This document shows positions 61,319 to 64,000 of a DNA stretch of 64,000 nt, piece by piece. The position numbers and the translations under genes were made by a program. The stretch is taken from NCBI GenBank assembly GCA_039545335.1, contig BCIN01000002.1:1749118-1813117 (forward strand), given 5' to 3'. The stretch comes from Kondoa subrosea (Eukaryota). Under the pieces are notes generated by a model. The model ran no database searches. It was not told where the DNA came from and saw only the letters and a program-made list of their open reading frames with translations. Each line of letters opens with the position of its first letter. The first letter of the stretch is position 1.

Positions 61319-64000
61319 TCACCCTGCTAATTTCTTCACTGTCGTGTCATAAGATCTAATGATTTGCTCCTGGCCCTCCTCAGTTTGCGAAAAAGCGAAT
61401 CCTCTGTTGCGCCGCATGCGTTGAACAGCTCTGACCTTCTTGATCGCCTGCAGCACACTGTTAGAATCGCCGCGGTAAGTCACGACTTATCCATCTCACC
61501 TTTTGAAATTGTTCCATACGAGGCCGGTAATCCGGTAGATTGAAAGCTTGGATTTCTTGAACAATGTGGTACGGTTCTGGTCGATAAAGGCGTTTGTAGC
61601 TGAGAACAGCGGGTTAGTTTGAAAGGAAGTATACTGTGGTAGTGTGACGCACGCTTTCCATGCAAAATCTCTAGCGAGACAGAAAATTGGTAAGAGGATA
61701 ACTGTGAGATAGAAGATTGGGGAAGAGAAGAGCCGAGGCACGATGTTCTGGTACTCCATGGAAATACCAACTTTGGGTGCAATCCACATGTAGAGGATAA
61801 GAAAAGCATAGGTAAAGACGTAAGATCCAGGTATGGCAAGCACAGTCCATCGAGTCCATAGACTGATGACCACAATAGTATCAGCTCATGATTCCGACAC
61901 CCTTGACAGCCTTACTCTGAAATCAAAGCCGCCTTGCCCAGAACTGTGCCGAGAACAGCAATGTATACTGTTGTTCCCCAAATCCATTGGCCAGCGTCCC
62001 AGCCTGGTATTAGTATCAAACTGCCCCAGAAAATGACAACGCTCGCAGCATAAATCACCTAAACAGAGTAGCCTCAGAGATCAAGCGTATTAGGCCGCTA
62101 TAAACTCACTATAGAATGATACAACGCGTTGGCTACCCAGGCCCAAAATATTCGCTTGCTGAAGAACGCATTGTTTTGACCAAGTTGATATAGTTCAGGA
62201 TACCGATCAAGCATGCGAGCACTGACAAATTGATCAAAGACTCCGATGACCACGGGGGGAAGAACAGTGAAGACGACGTTGTATAGAGTAAAAGTCCAGG
62301 ATTCAAACAGAACTTGTCCGGAGAAGGAGTTTTGGAAAGAGAACTGAAGCTGTATTCAGCTAGAAGCCATCAGAGTTCGACCACCACAACATACGTAAAA
62401 ACCAATCATGTACAGGGTAATATTTTTGTAGAAACTGAGGTCGTTCAACAATAGCATTAGAGAATCAATCTGTTGGACCGAGCTCAACATACGAATAGAG
62501 AATGAGTTTGCATAATCTCGAGTAGCTCCAAGTGCCATGAACGAGGAGCAGCTTCTTCAGAAAACGGAATTGGCTGATAGCGATGTCTGCAGATCGCGCT
62601 GCTTGTAGCCCTTCCAGTCCGCTGATGCCAACGCCGATATGCGCAGCTTGTATCATAGAGACGTCGTTTGCTCCGTCGCCGATAGCAAGGAGAATGGACT
62701 TCAGATTCTTCTTGACGAGTTTTACGACTAGTGCTTTTTGCAAGGGAGATACCCGGCCTGAATATAGCAGACAGGCATGAGAATGTCAAATGAAAGCGTG
62801 TATCGAGAAAACGAACAGCAGATCACAGCTTTGCACATTGTTGCAAGTTCTAAGAAGGCTTTGGACAGGCTTTTATCGAGCGCATATTTCAGACTTGTCC
62901 CGTCTGTGAAACGTATAGGCGACTAGCGGTGCAATTGTTCAGACTGTACATACCAATGACTAGAGCAAGCTCTTCCAGATCACCAGACTTCTTCTGACTT
63001 TTGATCGCCAGCAATTTCTTGGTTATGAACTCTGTTGTGGCGTGCTGTGTTGTTTCATTGACAATCACCTGTGAAACAAACAGCCTCGTATGAAACCTTG
63101 CAGCCGTGCGCTAGTCATATGTATTACCAGACTCATAGATTCTGATATCAATCTACATGACATGCCGATGTTTATAGCCGTTTCTTGCCTATCGCCAGTC
63201 AGTACCCACACCTAAGATTTTTCAGAAACATCATTAAAAGTGGAGAATGCTAACTCACCTTAATGCCCGCCTGCTGTAGCGTGAAAATAGTATCTGGCAC
63301 GCCTTCTTGCAGTTTGTCTTCTATTGCTGTAGCACCCAGTAGGAACAAATTGCATTCGATCATTTCTGCTACTTTGTCTAGCTCATCTTGTCTGCCGTTG
63401 ATTGTAGCTGCTGCTTTCGCGTAAAGCGCCGACCATTGCTGGTATTCGGCTTCGGGGATGTCACGCATAGCAATACACAATGTACGAAGGCCTTCCGTTG
63501 CGTAGTCCTATTATGCATAGACTCAGGTCCCAGGTTTAGGTGAACAAGAGGGAGTTGACCATACCTCGAGATGATTGAGCGTGATGTCAGTATATGCCTG
63601 ACCCTCGGCTAGACGCTCAAGAATGACTGTGTCGGCCCCCTTCGTATACAGCTTAATACTTCCATCTGGCATGCGAATAATGGACGACATGCGCTTCCTC
63701 GTGCTGTTGAACTCGCAAATATTCAGGACTTGATACTCGCATGCTCGACCGCCGCTCTCTACAAATATGGACTGGGGTTTCCGTGTCTATTTCAAGTCCT
63801 CAGTATTTTCAGTCTTCACAAAAGAACGCAACCTACCGTGAACTTGTATTTTAAGGTGGCAGCCCCGTCAACCAAAGCGGCTTCGTCGGGACTGGACGCT
63901 TGGTAAACAATGTGACCATCCTTCTCGTCTGGGATGACAGTATGGCATGTTGCGAGCAATGTCAGAAACTCGTTGATAACTCTCGCTTGTTCATCGCCAG
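61319..64000 (-). CDS. DRS2: P4-type aminophospholipid flippase DRS2 (3' part; 5' end lies beyond the window)
   Basis: [63 protein letters not shown] and the C-terminal RGFAFSQ autoinhibitory motif. Confidence 0.95.

Noticed and set aside
1..64000. Transposons, tRNA/rRNA genes, CRISPR arrays and secondary-metabolite clusters
   Set aside because: No transposase/RT motifs, terminal repeats, cloverleaves, repeat-spacer arrays or PKS/NRPS domains were seen by eye

Overview
Gene-dense eukaryotic DNA with short introns (mostly about 45-70 nt). It is fungal and most likely a basidiomycete yeast; the taxon is inferred from the short degenerate introns, the micro-exons and the look of the proteins. 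I reconstructed 30 spliced protein-coding genes by eye: ARS2/serrate (partial), dUTPase, kinesin-3, a UPF0658-like membrane protein, an orphan, a SAM methyltransferase, an Smr protein, PCH2, MEI5/Sfr1, SCOT, nitronate monooxygenase, a RING protein, RPS29 (absent from the ORF track), an Mtf2-like protein, a LIM-RhoGAP, GET3, FPGS, a Pho85-type cyclin, a single-pass protein, CDC11, SOF1, HEL2, 3-hydroxyacyl-CoA dehydrogenase, DIP2, a polyol dehydrogenase, choline/ethanolamine kinase, a DUF6534-like protein, an RRM protein and DRS2 (partial). I saw no mobile elements, tRNA, rRNA or CRISPR. The most notable hidden items are: an intronic box C/D snoRNA with non-canonical boxes and antisense elements to both LSU helix 69 and 18S, in an apparently non-coding host; a GT-TG intron needed to build a SAM-binding motif; an Mtf2-like ORF with an internal mitochondrial-presequence-like segment (possible polyprotein); putative UTR introns around RPS29; a head-to-head PCH2/MEI5 meiotic pair; and several GC-AG introns. 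Gene spans include introns, and all exon boundaries are manual reconstructions.
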